Part shown: piece by piece, positions 24,402 to 37,100 of the stretch
How positions within the stretch are numbered: position 1 is the stretch's first letter
Layout: each line of letters starts with the position of its first letter
From: Ranitomeya imitator
Lineage: Eukaryota
Length of the DNA: 64,000 nt
Reading direction: 5' to 3'
Assembly (NCBI RefSeq): GCF_032444005.1
Contig: NC_091283.1
Location: 270,878,001 to 270,942,000, forward strand
The notes under the pieces: generated by a model
What the model was told of the DNA's origin: nothing
The model's input: the letters and a program-made list of their open reading frames with translations, nothing else
Database searches by the model: none
Program-made: the position numbers and the translations under genes

Positions 24402-25821
24402 ATGGTGTCCGCTGATCTGAGAGACGTGCTGAGCTGCTCCATCTGCCAGAACATGTACACAGACCCCATCACCCTGAGCTGCGGACACAACTTCTGCCGG
24501 GACTGCATCAATCACAAACTGGATTCACAAAAGTCCAAAGTTTACTTCTGTCCTGACTGCGGAGCAGAGTTCAGAGATCGCTCCAAGCTCTGCAAGAAGA
24601 TAGTCCTGGCCAAAGTAATAGATTGTCTCCCGTCTCTTCCAGAAGAGCAGTCTCCGCAACATGTCTTCTCAGAACCCACTATCAACCTGGATCACAGGAC
24701 ATGCTCAGTCCACAACAAGATCCTGGAATATTACTGCTTGGATGATTCCACCGGTGTCTGCATTAGCTGCTTTGTAGCTGGACACCACCAAGGACACAAC
24801 GTGAATTTCCTGCTTGAAGCCTTGGAAATGAAGAAGCAAAAGCTGGAAAAAGTTCTGATGGCGAGAGAGAAAGCCAACAGAGAAATTCAACATCTCGCGC
24901 AATGCAGAATAGGGGTGGAAGACAAAGCGGCAGAGATGGAAAAGAGAGTTAACTCCTTGTTCCGAGAACTCAGGAAGAAGCTGAATCACTTAGAAATGAC
25001 AGCTCTGGAGGTTATCTCCAAGCAAGAGAAGAAGGTCCTTCAAAGAATCGAGGACCTGATCAACCACCTCCAAGTCAAGAGGCAAGAATTGTCCAGGAAG
25101 ATCCGCGACATTGAAGAGATGTGCAAGACGAGTGATCATCTGACCGTCCTACACAAGGACTTCTTACGTGACTTAGGATAAGGAAACGTTGAGGACTGGG
25201 CCCCTGATGAGGTCTACAACATCAAGGACATTGACGACCATCAGATCTCTTTTTTTCTACAAACGGGTTTATCGGACATCAGCGCAGGCACAAACGTGTG
25301 GATCCATATGCTGAAACCTGTAGACTTCCTACTGGATGTGGACACAGTCTCTAACAACGTCACTATGTCCAGGGACCAGAGAGCAATTCAACTCTGGTAT
25401 AAACAACACAATCGTCCTGAAATGGCCGAGAGATTTGACTATTTTCAAGCTCTAAGCAGTAGAGTCTTCTCGTCAGGACGACATTACTGGGTGGTGGAAA
25501 TCGGCAAGTCAGGAAATCTGGGGATTGGAGTGTTATCCCAGTATAGACAGGAAAGGATATGTGTACATCGGGGAGAACGAGAAGTCCTGGTGCCTCAAAT
25601 ACGTGTCTTACCAGTGGTACGTGGAACATGACAGAAAAGCCACTCTGCTTCCCGACAAGGTCTCCTCCAATAGAATAGGGATCTATCTGGATTACGATGC
25701 CGGCCAGCTCTCCTATGATCTCACTGATCCCATCAGGTACTTGACTACCTTGAAGGCCACCTTCACTGAGCCCCTGCACGCTGCCTTTATGGTAATGGTG
25801 GAAGGATGTTTCAAAATTTAA
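24402..25821 (+). pseudogene. Intronless TRIM gene (RING, B-box, coiled coil, PRY/SPRY; TRIM25/39-like), disrupted
   Basis: RING CSIC...CGHNFCRDC...CPDC; B-box CSVH...YYC...CISC...H..H; B30.2 LLDVDT...FSSGRHYWVVE...LDYDAGQLS. In-frame TAA at 25179-25181 and a frameshift near 25530. Confidence 0.85.
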
Positions 25822-26149
25822 GTGACTAGTTCTTACAAAGTAATGAGCACTTCAGACAGTCGCTTCTAAAACGCGGGCCCCCAGGTGAGGAATTGGGCCC
25901 CCTGGTTGAGTTACATTCCCCCATTGAAATCTGTGGGCTGCGTACATAATATAGGTAAGCACTTTCCACTCCACCAGCACAAAGAACAAGGGGTTACCAC
26001 AAGGGCGCCACTGAGACAAAGAGCAAAATGATGGCGTAATGACCAGATTACCGCAATTCTGAAAAGGGTTCCTACATAATCTCTTCATTTATGCTATAAT
26101 GTATTGAAAAAAAATAACTACTGCATCATTTGTTGTTTTTTTACGCCAT

Positions 26150-27075
26150 TGTTCTGTTCTAAAGACCAGTCTACCTTACTGTTCCAGAAATTCCAACTTC
26201 TCCTGGTAAAGCCGTGTTTTATTAATTTGGAGGTCACTTAGGGTCATTGTCTGCTGAAAGGTGAATTCCTCTTTATCTTCAACTTTTGTTGTAAAATTGA
26301 CTGATATTTGTTCTGTCCATAATCCCCTCCCCGTTGTCTAAAGCACCAGTTGTAGCTGCCGAAAACCAATGCTGCTCCCACCATGCCTCACTGTGGGGAT
26401 GGTGATCTTCTGGTGCTGACCAGTGTCCACTTTGCACCTTTCGGAAGTAATGTTCCCCCTCGGTTTCAGCAGACAGAACACGTTTCCTGCTTCTGGCCAA
26501 CTTGATGGAGGTTTTGGCAGAGGTAAGGCTTCCATCTTGACCGTGACCCCATAAGCAGGACATATGAAGAATAGGGGAGGTTGTGGTCAGATGCAGGACA
26601 CAGCAAGTACCGGCCAGAAATCCCTGCAGCTCCTTTAATGTTGCTGTTGACCTCCAGCCCCGATCTTCTCGTCTTTTCATCAATTTCTGAAAGACGTCCA
26701 GCTCTGGGTAAGATCACTGTGGTGCCAAATTTCAGCCCCTTGCTGACAACGTCCTCACAACGTCCATGGTAGAGCTAATGTCTGGAAATGTTTAAGCACC
26801 TTATCCTGACAGCTTTCCACAATGAGATCCTTTTGCTGTGTTGTCAGCTGTTTACGGTCAGGAAAATCCTAGAGCAGCGACACTTTCTCTGGAGTTAATC
26901 AGCCGCTGTAAATGATGGCGGCCGAGCACTGACTTATGTAACATGGGGGAAACGTGATCGGCTGATTCTGGGCTCAACCACAGCCCTTATTATATGAGGG
27001 TGCACACACTTATGCAACCACAATAGTGTAGTTTTATTTTCCCTGCAAAATGTCATTTTATGAAGGGTGTGTAGA
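26150..27075 (-). mobile_element. Highly decayed Tc1 transposon remnant
   Basis: Fragments STATLKELQGFLA...TTSPILHMSCLWG, TIPTVRHGGSSI and GEGIMD lie in shifting frames; Tc1-like terminus near 27000-27030. Edges are approximate. Confidence 0.6.
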
Positions 27076-27849
27076 CTTTATATCCTTTGTAAATGTGTTG
27101 GTCACTATTGTTCACGACCTCTCAGGTTAAGTTCCTACGATGAGATTTTGAGGGAGTCGTGATCGAAATGTGTGCATGCGCCGACGGAGGCAGCCTTTTT
27201 CCCGGAGTCTCCTGTATTGAAACCATGGAAGTGCTGGGGGTCCGGGCTTTTACAAAATGTCTGTGGAGCCCCCTCACCACCAGACTCCCCCTTCTACTAG
27301 CCTGGGATGGGACTCACATCATGGCAGGAACAGAACATACGGGACAAAACTGACCTGGTGCAGGGTAGTCTGGACTCGCGGGCTCCACATCTTCCAAATG
27401 GCTCCGGCGATATGACGCTATGACATCACTACGCACGACGGGATGCCACGCCGCGGCAAAGTGTGTGGTGGGGGATATATCAGCCTCCAAACAAGCTCCA
27501 CATTGCTTTTATTGTTACTTCATATAGGATCATCCTCTACAACAATCACAGACAGGGAGTGAAGACTTGTGTTAACGTCACCTGCTTATATGGCCCCATA
27601 GATCAGCCGGTCTGGGTGGGTACAGGCGCACGGACTGATAACAATGGGGCGCCAAGGACATGGAGATCTGACCCAAAACAGGGCTCTGCTTTAATCAAAG
27701 AACAAATGTTAAAAAAATAAACATGAGAGAGATGCGATAAAGGGATCCTAAACTAGGACAACGCTACGGTGTCCCTGACTAGTACTACCTATTCCCCTCC
27801 CCATTATCCTGGACAGCTCCTTTATATAAAACAGTAGGAACCTAAACTC

Positions 27850-30165
27850 ACCACTGAATGTGACCTGCTCTGCCCAAGCCCCACTAGAGATCCCACCAGC
27901 ACTCGCCAATGAATGTGACCAGTCGTGGCCCAGACCTCACCACCACTAAATGTGACCGGTCGTGACCCGGACCCCGCTAGAGACCCCACCACCACTGAAT
28001 GTGACCAGTCCTAGCCCAGACCCCACTAAAGACCACATCACCACTGAATGTGACCGATCCTGGCCCGGACACCACTAGAAACCCACCACTGAATACGAGC
28101 AGTCCGGCCCAGACCCCACCACAACTGAATTTGACCGATCATGGCCCAAACCCCACCACTCACCGCTGAATGTGACCAGTCCTGACCCAGACCCCACGTC
28201 CACTGAATGTGACCAGTCCTGGCCCATACCCCAATAGAGATCCCACCACTGAATGTGACCGTAAGTCCAGAGACCCCACTAGGGAATGTAATGAAATAAA
28301 GTCTTCCTATAATATGGAGGGAGCAGACAACCCCGCTCCTGCCGGCTGCTATTAGTGGATGCACAGGGGCTGCAGAGACCATGTATGATGGCGGTGGGCC
28401 GTGATGCACACATCTGATATTCTCCACCACTTGGCCATATTCAGGGAAACCTTCTCCACTGTCCATGGCTTGGAGATTACTGCTGGGGAGGCGGAGAAGG
28501 AGGTCATATGCAAGACGAGCCCATTTTTTAAGATGGTTGTAGACGTGAGAGGAGCAGAATGTTGGGGGTCCGAGTAGTGACCCTACCAGATGCTAGAGCA
28601 GGGGACGTGCCACAGAAGTCTGAAGCCTTTCTAGACCATCTCATAGAGGTTGAATGCAGGGGTGATGGACACAAGGCCCTGATCTGGCAATGATAACGTA
28701 CCCCACTAGAGACCTCACCACCACTGAATGTAAACTAATAGAGATAACGAAGGAACAATATGATCCAATAAAAATTACAAATTTTATTAATGATATCAAA
28801 TATAAAAAAACACTCACAAAGTGCCAATACAATAATACAAACATATCCTACATGTAAGAAAACAGTACAGACAAGATAATACCACCTGTCTTAAAGACTA
28901 CAAAACAGTTGCAGATCATAGAAAAGGAAAGGACCATACATCCAAATGTATTAGATGCTGTAATGGCAAACCATATAGAATATGTGTGCATTATATATTA
29001 ATATCAAAAACAATTTTCATATAACATGCTATCCCTTTCATATAGAATTAACCAGTGGTTGCACTAACAATGCAAACTGACGAAACTGCAGAGGCGATGA
29101 AACGCGCGACGGGGTGTGGGTTTGGACCATCCATCCTGGTTGCAACATGACTGCAGGTAATTTATGGCCATACTTATGATATTTCCAGTAATGTTGTATA
29201 TCACTACTCAGCAGGCTCATGTTTACAAGCGGGCGCACATCTGCATCGCAGCATACTTTTATAGATGTGTGCCTGCATAATATCACTGCTAGTGCAACCA
29301 CTGGTCAATTCTATGTGAAATGGATAGCATATTATATGAAAATTGTTTTTGATATTAATATTTAATGCGCCCATATTCTAGACGGTTTGCCATTAGAGCA
29401 TCTAATACATCCAAATGTATGGTCCTTTTCTTTTTTTGTTATGGTCTGCACTTTGTGTTTTTTATATTTGATATCATTAATAAAATTTTCTTTTTTATTG
29501 GATATTGTTCCTTTGTTACCTCTATTAGTTTATGGTCTATACTGAAGGGATTGTTACTCAATTCTATGTGAGGTTTAATTCTCTTGGACTTTGTTTTTCA
29601 CCACTGGTCCTGGCCTACACCCCACTACCACTGAATGTGACCAGTCCTGGCCCGGACACCACTAGAGACCCCACCACCACTGAATGTGACCAGTCCTGGC
29701 CCAGACCCCAACACCACTGAATGTGACTGGAGGTCCAGAGACCCCGCTAAGGAATGTAAAGAGATAAAGCCATCCTACAATATGGAGGGAACAGACTGCT
29801 CCGGTCGGCTGCCATTAGTGGATGGACAGGGGCTGCGGCGACATGTATGAGGGGCGGTGGGCCGTGACACACACATCTGACATTCTCCACCACTTGTCCA
29901 TATTCGGGGGAAACCTTCTCCACTGTCCATGTCATGGAGATTACTGCTGGGGAGGTGGGGAAGAAGGTCATAAGCAAGAAAGCCCGTTTCTCAAGATGGT
30001 TGTAGAAGTGAGAGGAGCAGCATGTTGGGGGTCTGAGTGGTGACCCTACCAGATGCTAGACCAGGGGACGCGTCACAGAAGTCTGAAGCATTTATAGACC
30101 ATCTCCAACCATCCCATAGAGGTTGAATGCAGGGGTGATGGACACAAGGCCGTGATCAGACAATG
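27850..30165. repeat. Diverged tandem duplication of a unit of about 600-900 bp (about 27850-28730 and 29600-30165), each with ccactgaatgtgaccagtcc subrepeats
   Basis: Collinear blocks aatatggagg...gaggttgaatgcaggggtgatggacacaaggc occur twice with many substitutions. Confidence 0.8.
28731..29600 (+). mobile_element. Palindromic Penelope-like non-autonomous insertion with degenerate hammerhead
   Basis: Inverted arms at about 28731-29070 and 29285-29532. The spacer has CTGACGA...GAAAcgcgcg at 29077-29108. Confidence 0.55.
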
Positions 30166-30425
30166 AACGCGGACATCACTATGCAGTTTCTAAGCTCTGA
30201 CATTACTCACTGATGCCGAAACCCGGAGGGGACGAAAAGGAAGCGTAACAACCGAGAAGTGCATGCCGCCCTATGGATGACTGACAAAAAAAAAAAAAAC
30301 TCTCAAAAGTTCAAAGAATTAGTCTTATTTTTATCTTGAGAAGCAGCCGGGATCCGGCGCGGCGGCACTTGTGGTGAAAGGACGCCTATACAATATCGTA
30401 CAAGCAGCAGCCATGTCTCCGGCCC

Positions 30426-31198
30426 TCAGACCTCTTCATGGTGGAATGCCCATTTGTGTTTCATGAAGTGGGACTTGTGAGCGAAGCGTTTCCCGCACAG
30501 GCGGCACATGATTGGCTTCTCGTGGTCGTGGATCTTCTCGTGTTTCGCCAGCTGGGACTTGGTGTCGAATCGATGGTCGCACTTGCTGCAGGAGATGGTC
30601 TTGCCTTTGGTGTGCCTCCTCTGGTGAACCAGCAGACTGCACTTATGGCCGAATTTCCTTCCGCACTGGTCACACTCGAAGGGTTTTTCTCCGGTGTGCG
30701 CCCGCTGGTGGATGATGAACTGGGACTTGTAGTCATACTGGATGCCGCAGATGGTGCAGGCGTAGCGTTTCACCGCGTGGTTCTCCGCCCGGTGCTTGAT
30801 CAACAAGGACTTGGTGACAAACACTTGGCCGCAGTCCTCGCACTCCACGTCCACCTCCTCCACCTCGTAACTCTTTATGTGCTTCTGGGACTTGAGGTGC
30901 CTCCTGAAGGCCAGTCTCTTGGGGAAGGTCATGTCACACTTCTTGCAGTGGTAGATTCGGCTCTTTCCACGGAGTAAATGGTATTTCTTCAGTTTGGAGC
31001 CTCCGTTGGGTGCAGCGTCACCGGACGAGCCTGGAAGAATGGAGAAGTCCTCATCCCCTAGCATCGAGTCCCCGCCATCCTCGTCTTCTGAAAGCAGCTC
31101 GGACTCGCTGTACTCGCTGACCACCCCGTCCGGCAGCCATTCCGGGGAGTTCGGCTGCTTTGTGGTCGCTTTGCCTTCTTCCTCGCTGCCAGATTCAT
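30426..31198 (-). CDS. Terminal exon with six C2H2 fingers
   Basis: ORF 30426-31259; acceptor tctctcccatcacag|at at 31199; acidic region followed by six CxxC...H..H units. Confidence 0.9.
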
Positions 31199-34100
31199 CT
31201 GTGATGGGAGAGAAAAGGGAAGCCATGATTTTTACACATTTATCGTTTTCCAACCACAAGATGGCGTCTGACGTGGTCAGTGGAGCCTACCTGAGTCTGT
31301 ATCGTCCGCCATTTCTGTGACGGCGTCCTCCTCCTCCACGGACACATCGCCGTACAGCTCCCTGTGAGACTTAATATAGTCCCACTCCTCGGTGGAGAAA
31401 TACATGGCGATGTCGTCACACTTCACCGGCACCTGCCACATAAGAAGTCAGGGTGACCGCTGGTGAGACCACCACGGCACGTATGAGGGGCACTGTCACA
31501 CTCACCTCCTTAGTATTGTCGGGGGGGTCCTCGCGATCAGCAAGCAGCCATTTCTATACAAGAGGACACTGATGTTAGTCACAAAAGTATCTGTTAACAA
31601 TCATTACCCTGCAGGAGCGAAGACCCCAAAAACCCACGGATGGCTGTAAATGGTTAATGGAGGCGGAAGGTGGACACGCACAAGTCCTGACATGGACGGA
31701 AATCATGGCACGGTGTAAACGTGTCCCGGTCACAGGACAGAGGAGAACACGACCACGGGCAAACTTACGTCTCCGGTCAGAAGGGCCACGATCTCCAGGA
31801 TCTGATGCAGGAACTTCTGTGTCACCATCTTGGAGGCTTCTTCAATAAACGGAGTGTTCAGCAAATGCTGCATGAGCGAGACCTGAGGAGAGAAAACAGG
31901 GCGTCCGTATAGGCTGGGATTACAGGGACGGGGTGCAGCGTCCATATACACTTGGATTAAGGGGACGCGGTGCAGAGTTCGTATACACTTAGATTACAGG
32001 GACGGGATCAGCGTCCATACGGCCGTGGGTTATAGTCAGGGGGTGCAGCGTCCATATGGCCAAGGGTTATAGTCAGGGGGTGCAGCGTCCATATGGCCAA
32101 GGGTTATAGTCAGGGGGTACAGCGTCTATATAGCCGTGTATATAGTCTGGGGGTGCAGCATCCATGTGGCCGTGTATATAGTCCGGGGGTGCAGCGTCCA
32201 TATGGCCGTGTATATAGTCAGGGGGTGCAGCGTCCATATAGCCATGTATATAGTCCGGGGGTGCAGCGTCCATATGGCCGTGTGCATAGTCAGGGGGTGC
32301 AGCGCCTATATGGTCTTGGCTTATAGTCAGGGGGTGCAGCGTCTATATGGCCGTGTATATAGACCGGGGGTGCAGCGTCCATATGGCCATGTATATAGTG
32401 TGGGGGTGCAGCGTCCATATAGCCATGTATATAGTCCGGGGGTGCAGCGTCCATATGGCCAAGGGTTATAGTCCGGGGGTGCAGCGTCCATATGGCCGTG
32501 TATATAGTCCGGGTGTACAGCGTCCATATGGCAGTGTATATAGTCCGGGGGTGCAGCGTCCATATGGCCGTGTATATAGTCCGGGGGTGCAGCGTCCATA
32601 TGGCCGTGTATATAGTCCGGGTGTACAGCGTCCATATGGCAGTGTATATAGTCCGGGGGTGCAGCGTCCATATGGCCGTGTATATAGTCCGGGGGTGCAG
32701 CGTCCATATGGCCGTGTATATAGTCGGGGTGCAGCATCTATAAGCAGGAGGTATAGCCGACACGGAGACTTACCATCACTTCCTCCATTGCAAAGAACAA
32801 CCTGCTGTCTTTTACGGGGACGTTCCTGGGTAACTGGGAATTGTCTGACGTTGACCCCTGCAGTAAGTCGGACCATTTCTGCTCTTCCGCTTCCTGCGTT
32901 GGAGCCACTGTTTGGGTGCCCCCCGTAGTCATGTCTTTGGGCGGGACCGCAGGACCAAACCGATAGAGGTAGTCAGGTCTGACGCTCCAGGAGTCATCCC
33001 CACGGTTCAGTAAGAACTCGGAGCATTGGACGGCCTTGTCGGACGTGCACGGCCGAGCCTTCAAAGGAGTGAAGAACCTTCCAAACCGCGTGGATGTTGA
33101 CGCTTCGCGGACAAGAATGGGTCTGGTGAGAAGGCCAATGCTGCGGACCCCCCAGTAAGGGTCAGTGCTGGTGGAGACATGCCTCAGTTTGTGGCTCTTA
33201 TCGGCGTACACAGTGACTGCTTCTCTTGATCCACCGCAGCTTGGATCGGACTGGAACGGGACCTCCACCTCCTCCTCCTTCACCAGGTTTCTTTGCAGAC
33301 CAGGAAATATGGTTGGCACAGCGTCAGGCTTGAGCTTCACCTCCGTCCCGCGGATTGTGTAATTAGTTGGGGAAAAGTGATCAGCACACATCCCAAACCT
33401 CTCCGAAGGGCTCATGTCCAGAACCTGCCGGGCAGCGAGGTCCAGATCACCAAAGTTCTGCCCGGTCTGCCGAAGCCACAGCCGTACCATAGAGAAGTTA
33501 CTGGGAAACACGTGAACTGCCACGTTAGGGTTCTGGAGCTCCGTGAAGTTCGGGCAGTCTGTGACAATACATCTCAGTGTGACGTCACCCTGCGGAGGAA
33601 ACACCGCCATCAGAGAAGAGCGTGTACTATACAGACACCCCAGAGCAAGCGAAAAACACCGGACACAAGAAAAGACCGTGAACGTACAAGGAAGGAAAGA
33701 AAGAATACCATGTACAGTTTGTCTGCAAGTCACAAACATGGCCGAATGCCGAGCACTGACGCTATAATACTGCCCATATGTACAAGAACTACTATAATAC
33801 TGCCCCCTATGTACAATATAACTACTATAATACTGCCCCCTATGTACAAGAATATAACTGCTATAATACTGCTCCTATGTGCAAGAATATAACTACTATA
33901 ATACTGCATCTTATGTGGAAGAATATAACTACTATAATACTGCTCCTATGTACAAGAATATAACTACGATAATACTGCTCCCTATGTACAAGAATATAAC
34001 TACTATAATACTGCCCCTATGTACAAGAATATAACTACTATAATACTGCCCCTTATGTACAAGAATATAACTACTATAATACTGCTCCTATGTACAAGAA

Positions 34101-37100
34101 TATAACTACTATAATACTGCCCCCTATGTACAAGAATATAACTACTATAATACTGCCCCTATGTACAAGAATATAACTACTATAATACTGCTCCCATGTA
34201 CAAGAATATAACTACTATAATACTGCCCCTATGTACAAGAATATAACTACTATAATACTGCTCCTATGTATAAGAATATAACTACTATAATACTGCTCCT
34301 ATGTACAATAATATAACTACCGTATATACTCGAGTATAAGCCGACCCGAGTATAAGCCGACCCCCCTAATTTTACCACAAAAAACTGGGAAAACTTAATG
34401 ACTCGAGTATAATACACTAGCGAAAAAAGGGGAGTGTTGACACCAAAATATAATAGAGAAAATGTACAAATTTTATTAATAAATACATACAAGGAAAATG
34501 ACATACATACAAAAGCATGGAGGACTATAAAAAATTCCACCCATGCGGAGAGGAGGAAAAGCCAACCGGTACACTAATGGTAAAGCACGTTGATGCACAT
34601 ACGACCTGGGTGGATGGTTCAGAGGGTAAAAGTGAATCAGGATTAAGAGGAATACAAGTAATGAGGGATCATCCCTCCGGTGCCGCACAGGCCCTGTTTA
34701 AGTAAATCATACAATCCTGGATACAACATATCACCAAAGTTATCTGCACTTACCCATCATAAAGTCTGCATCAGCGTGGCCTTCCCACTACCCCTGACGC
34801 GCGTTTCGCGTTAATAGCTTTTTCAAAGGGGAAGTGCAACACTATCCAGGATGTATGTGCATCAACGTGCTTTACCATTAGTGTATCGGTTGGCTTTTCC
34901 TCCTCTCCGCATGGTGGAATTTTTTATAGTCCTCCATGCTTTTGTATGTATAGGTCATTTTCCTTGTATGTATTTATTAATAAAATTTGTACATTTTCTC
35001 TATTATATTTTGGTGTCAACACTCCCCTTTTTTCGCTAGTGTAATATATTTGAATTTAGGAGTGACACTCTTGTGTATACGACTTCATGTTTTGATAATA
35101 GGGAGAGCGTTTTTGGTGGATTATGACCATGCTCTCGGCCACTTATTATATCAAAAGCTTAATGATTATTGTTTGTGACTCGAGTATAAGCCTAGGGTGG
35201 AAAATGCAGCAGCTACCAGTAAGTTTCAAAAGTAAAAATAGATACCAATAAAAGTAAAATTAATTGAGACATCAGAAGGTTAAGTGTTTTTGAATATCCA
35301 TATTGAATCAAGAGCCCCATATAATGCTCCATAAAGTTTGATGGGCCCCATAAGATGCTCCATATTAAAATATGCCCCATATAATGCTGCATAAAGGGTA
35401 ATAAGGGCCTCATAAGATGCTCCATAGAGATATTTGCCCAATATAATGCTACACAAGTGTTATGGCCCCATAAGATGCTCCGCACAGCCACTTGCCCCAT
35501 ATGCTGTGGCTGCCATAAAAAAAAAAAAATCACATACTCACCTCTCTTCGCTCAGGACCCCGGCACTGTCACCTGCTCCTCGTGCGGCTCCGTCTTCGGC
35601 ACTCACGCTCAGCAGAGGGCGCGCACTGACTACGTCACCGCGCCCTCTCACCTGAGTGTCACGGCTGAAGACAGAGCGACACCCGGACCGAGGAGCAGGT
35701 GACTATCGCGCAGCGCAGCGCTCCCCCTCCCCGTATACTTACCTGGTCCTGGCGCTGCGTCCCCGCTTCTTCTTCCTGTATTGAGCGGGCAGCGTCACCG
35801 CTCATATACAGTAATGAATATGCGGCTCCACCCCTATGGGAGGTGGAGCCGCATATTCATTACTGTATATGAGCGGTGCCATGTGACCGCTCAATACAGG
35901 AAGAAGATGCAGCGCTGGAAGATGCAGGGACCGCGCCGGGAGCAGGTAAGTATAATTACACAGCCCCTGCTCCCCCTCCCGTGCCGACCCCGGGTATGAC
36001 TCGAGTATAAGCCGAGAGGGGGACTTTCAGCCCAAAAAAATGGGCTGAAAATCTCGGCTTATACTCGAGTATATACTGTACTATAATACTGCTCCTATGT
36101 ATAAGAATATAACTGGGTCATTCCACATCAAGTGGACCAGTTTTAAAAATCGTCCCCACTCGACCTTCTCCGATTTTGCTGAAAATTTATAAGGATGTAC
36201 ATGTATGTTTGAAAAGAGGTTCTGTACATTTTTAGGGCCAGATCACAAATACATTGGGCACTGTTGACCTTTCACTGGAGGTTCCACCAAGCCTGCGGCT
36301 TCAGCTAAGTGGATTTTGCAAACTTTGGCACATAGCCATTAGAGTTCTATACTGGCTATGATGCTGAAATTAGGCATACTAGCTCAACTTTTGGTGCTAA
36401 ATACGATAAAATTATTACCGGCTATGACAAAACAATATTTCGGCCGCAATTTTGTGTCAAAGTAGCTTGAAAAACGCGTCGCATAAAATTTATGCCGAAC
36501 TTTGCCCATATATAACTCAAGACCAAAAACCAATAGTAACTGGTGCTTTGCCCTGTACACCAAACATCTACATGACTTTGCATTGCTGCAATATCACGGT
36601 CAAAGCATATGTATTTGTGGAAATATTCACACCCACATGATGAAAAATGTAAAAAACCCGAATTTTACCTATTATTAGGTCAAATTTCTCAAAAAGGGTA
36701 CCCCTAAAATATATTAATTCTGATATCATTAGAAAGAGCACATTTTTCTCTACAAGGATCATTGTTTGTTTTTTTGGAGTCTCTCAGTTTAAGAAATGAA
36801 AAATGCCACTGAACATGGTGTTATTTATTAATATGCAATGAATGGTAACTGCACTATTCAAACCCTTGCGTTGGTCCATGGTGGTTATACCACAACCAAT
36901 TCCCTAAGAATTGGTATTATAATCCTATTAAGAATTGTAATAATGCTGTCTTTCGAGAATTGGCAGCCCCTTCGCCTAGGAGCCATGGCCGATAGCCGTG
37001 TAAGGCGAGCCTCGGGCGGTCTCTTTATCGCAGGTTCCGAAGCCTGAGGGTGGGTGTCTTTGCCTAGGATCCCAAGCCTAATATTGGGTATCTTTTGCTG

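Larger units (their letters stand above)
34320..36078. mobile_element. Tc1/mariner (Tc2/pogo-like) MITE
   Basis: TIR ccgtatatactcgagtataagccga / tcggcttatactcgagtatatactg, with TA TSD at 34318-34319 and 36079-36080. Confidence 0.8.

Noticed and set aside
28823-28910. Extra block in one palindrome arm as a retained PLE intron (similar idea at 34603-34712)
   Set aside because: GT-AG removal does not reproduce the other arm. Boundary microhomologies suggest simple deletion.
30190-30290. Possible fourth hammerhead (ctgatg...gaaac)
   Set aside because: The core is incomplete (no CUGANGA) and no stems form.
31268-31290. 23-nt intron or ORF start at 31259 for the finger exon
   Set aside because: Too short for an intron. 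The acceptor at 31199 has a better pyrimidine tract and the correct phase.
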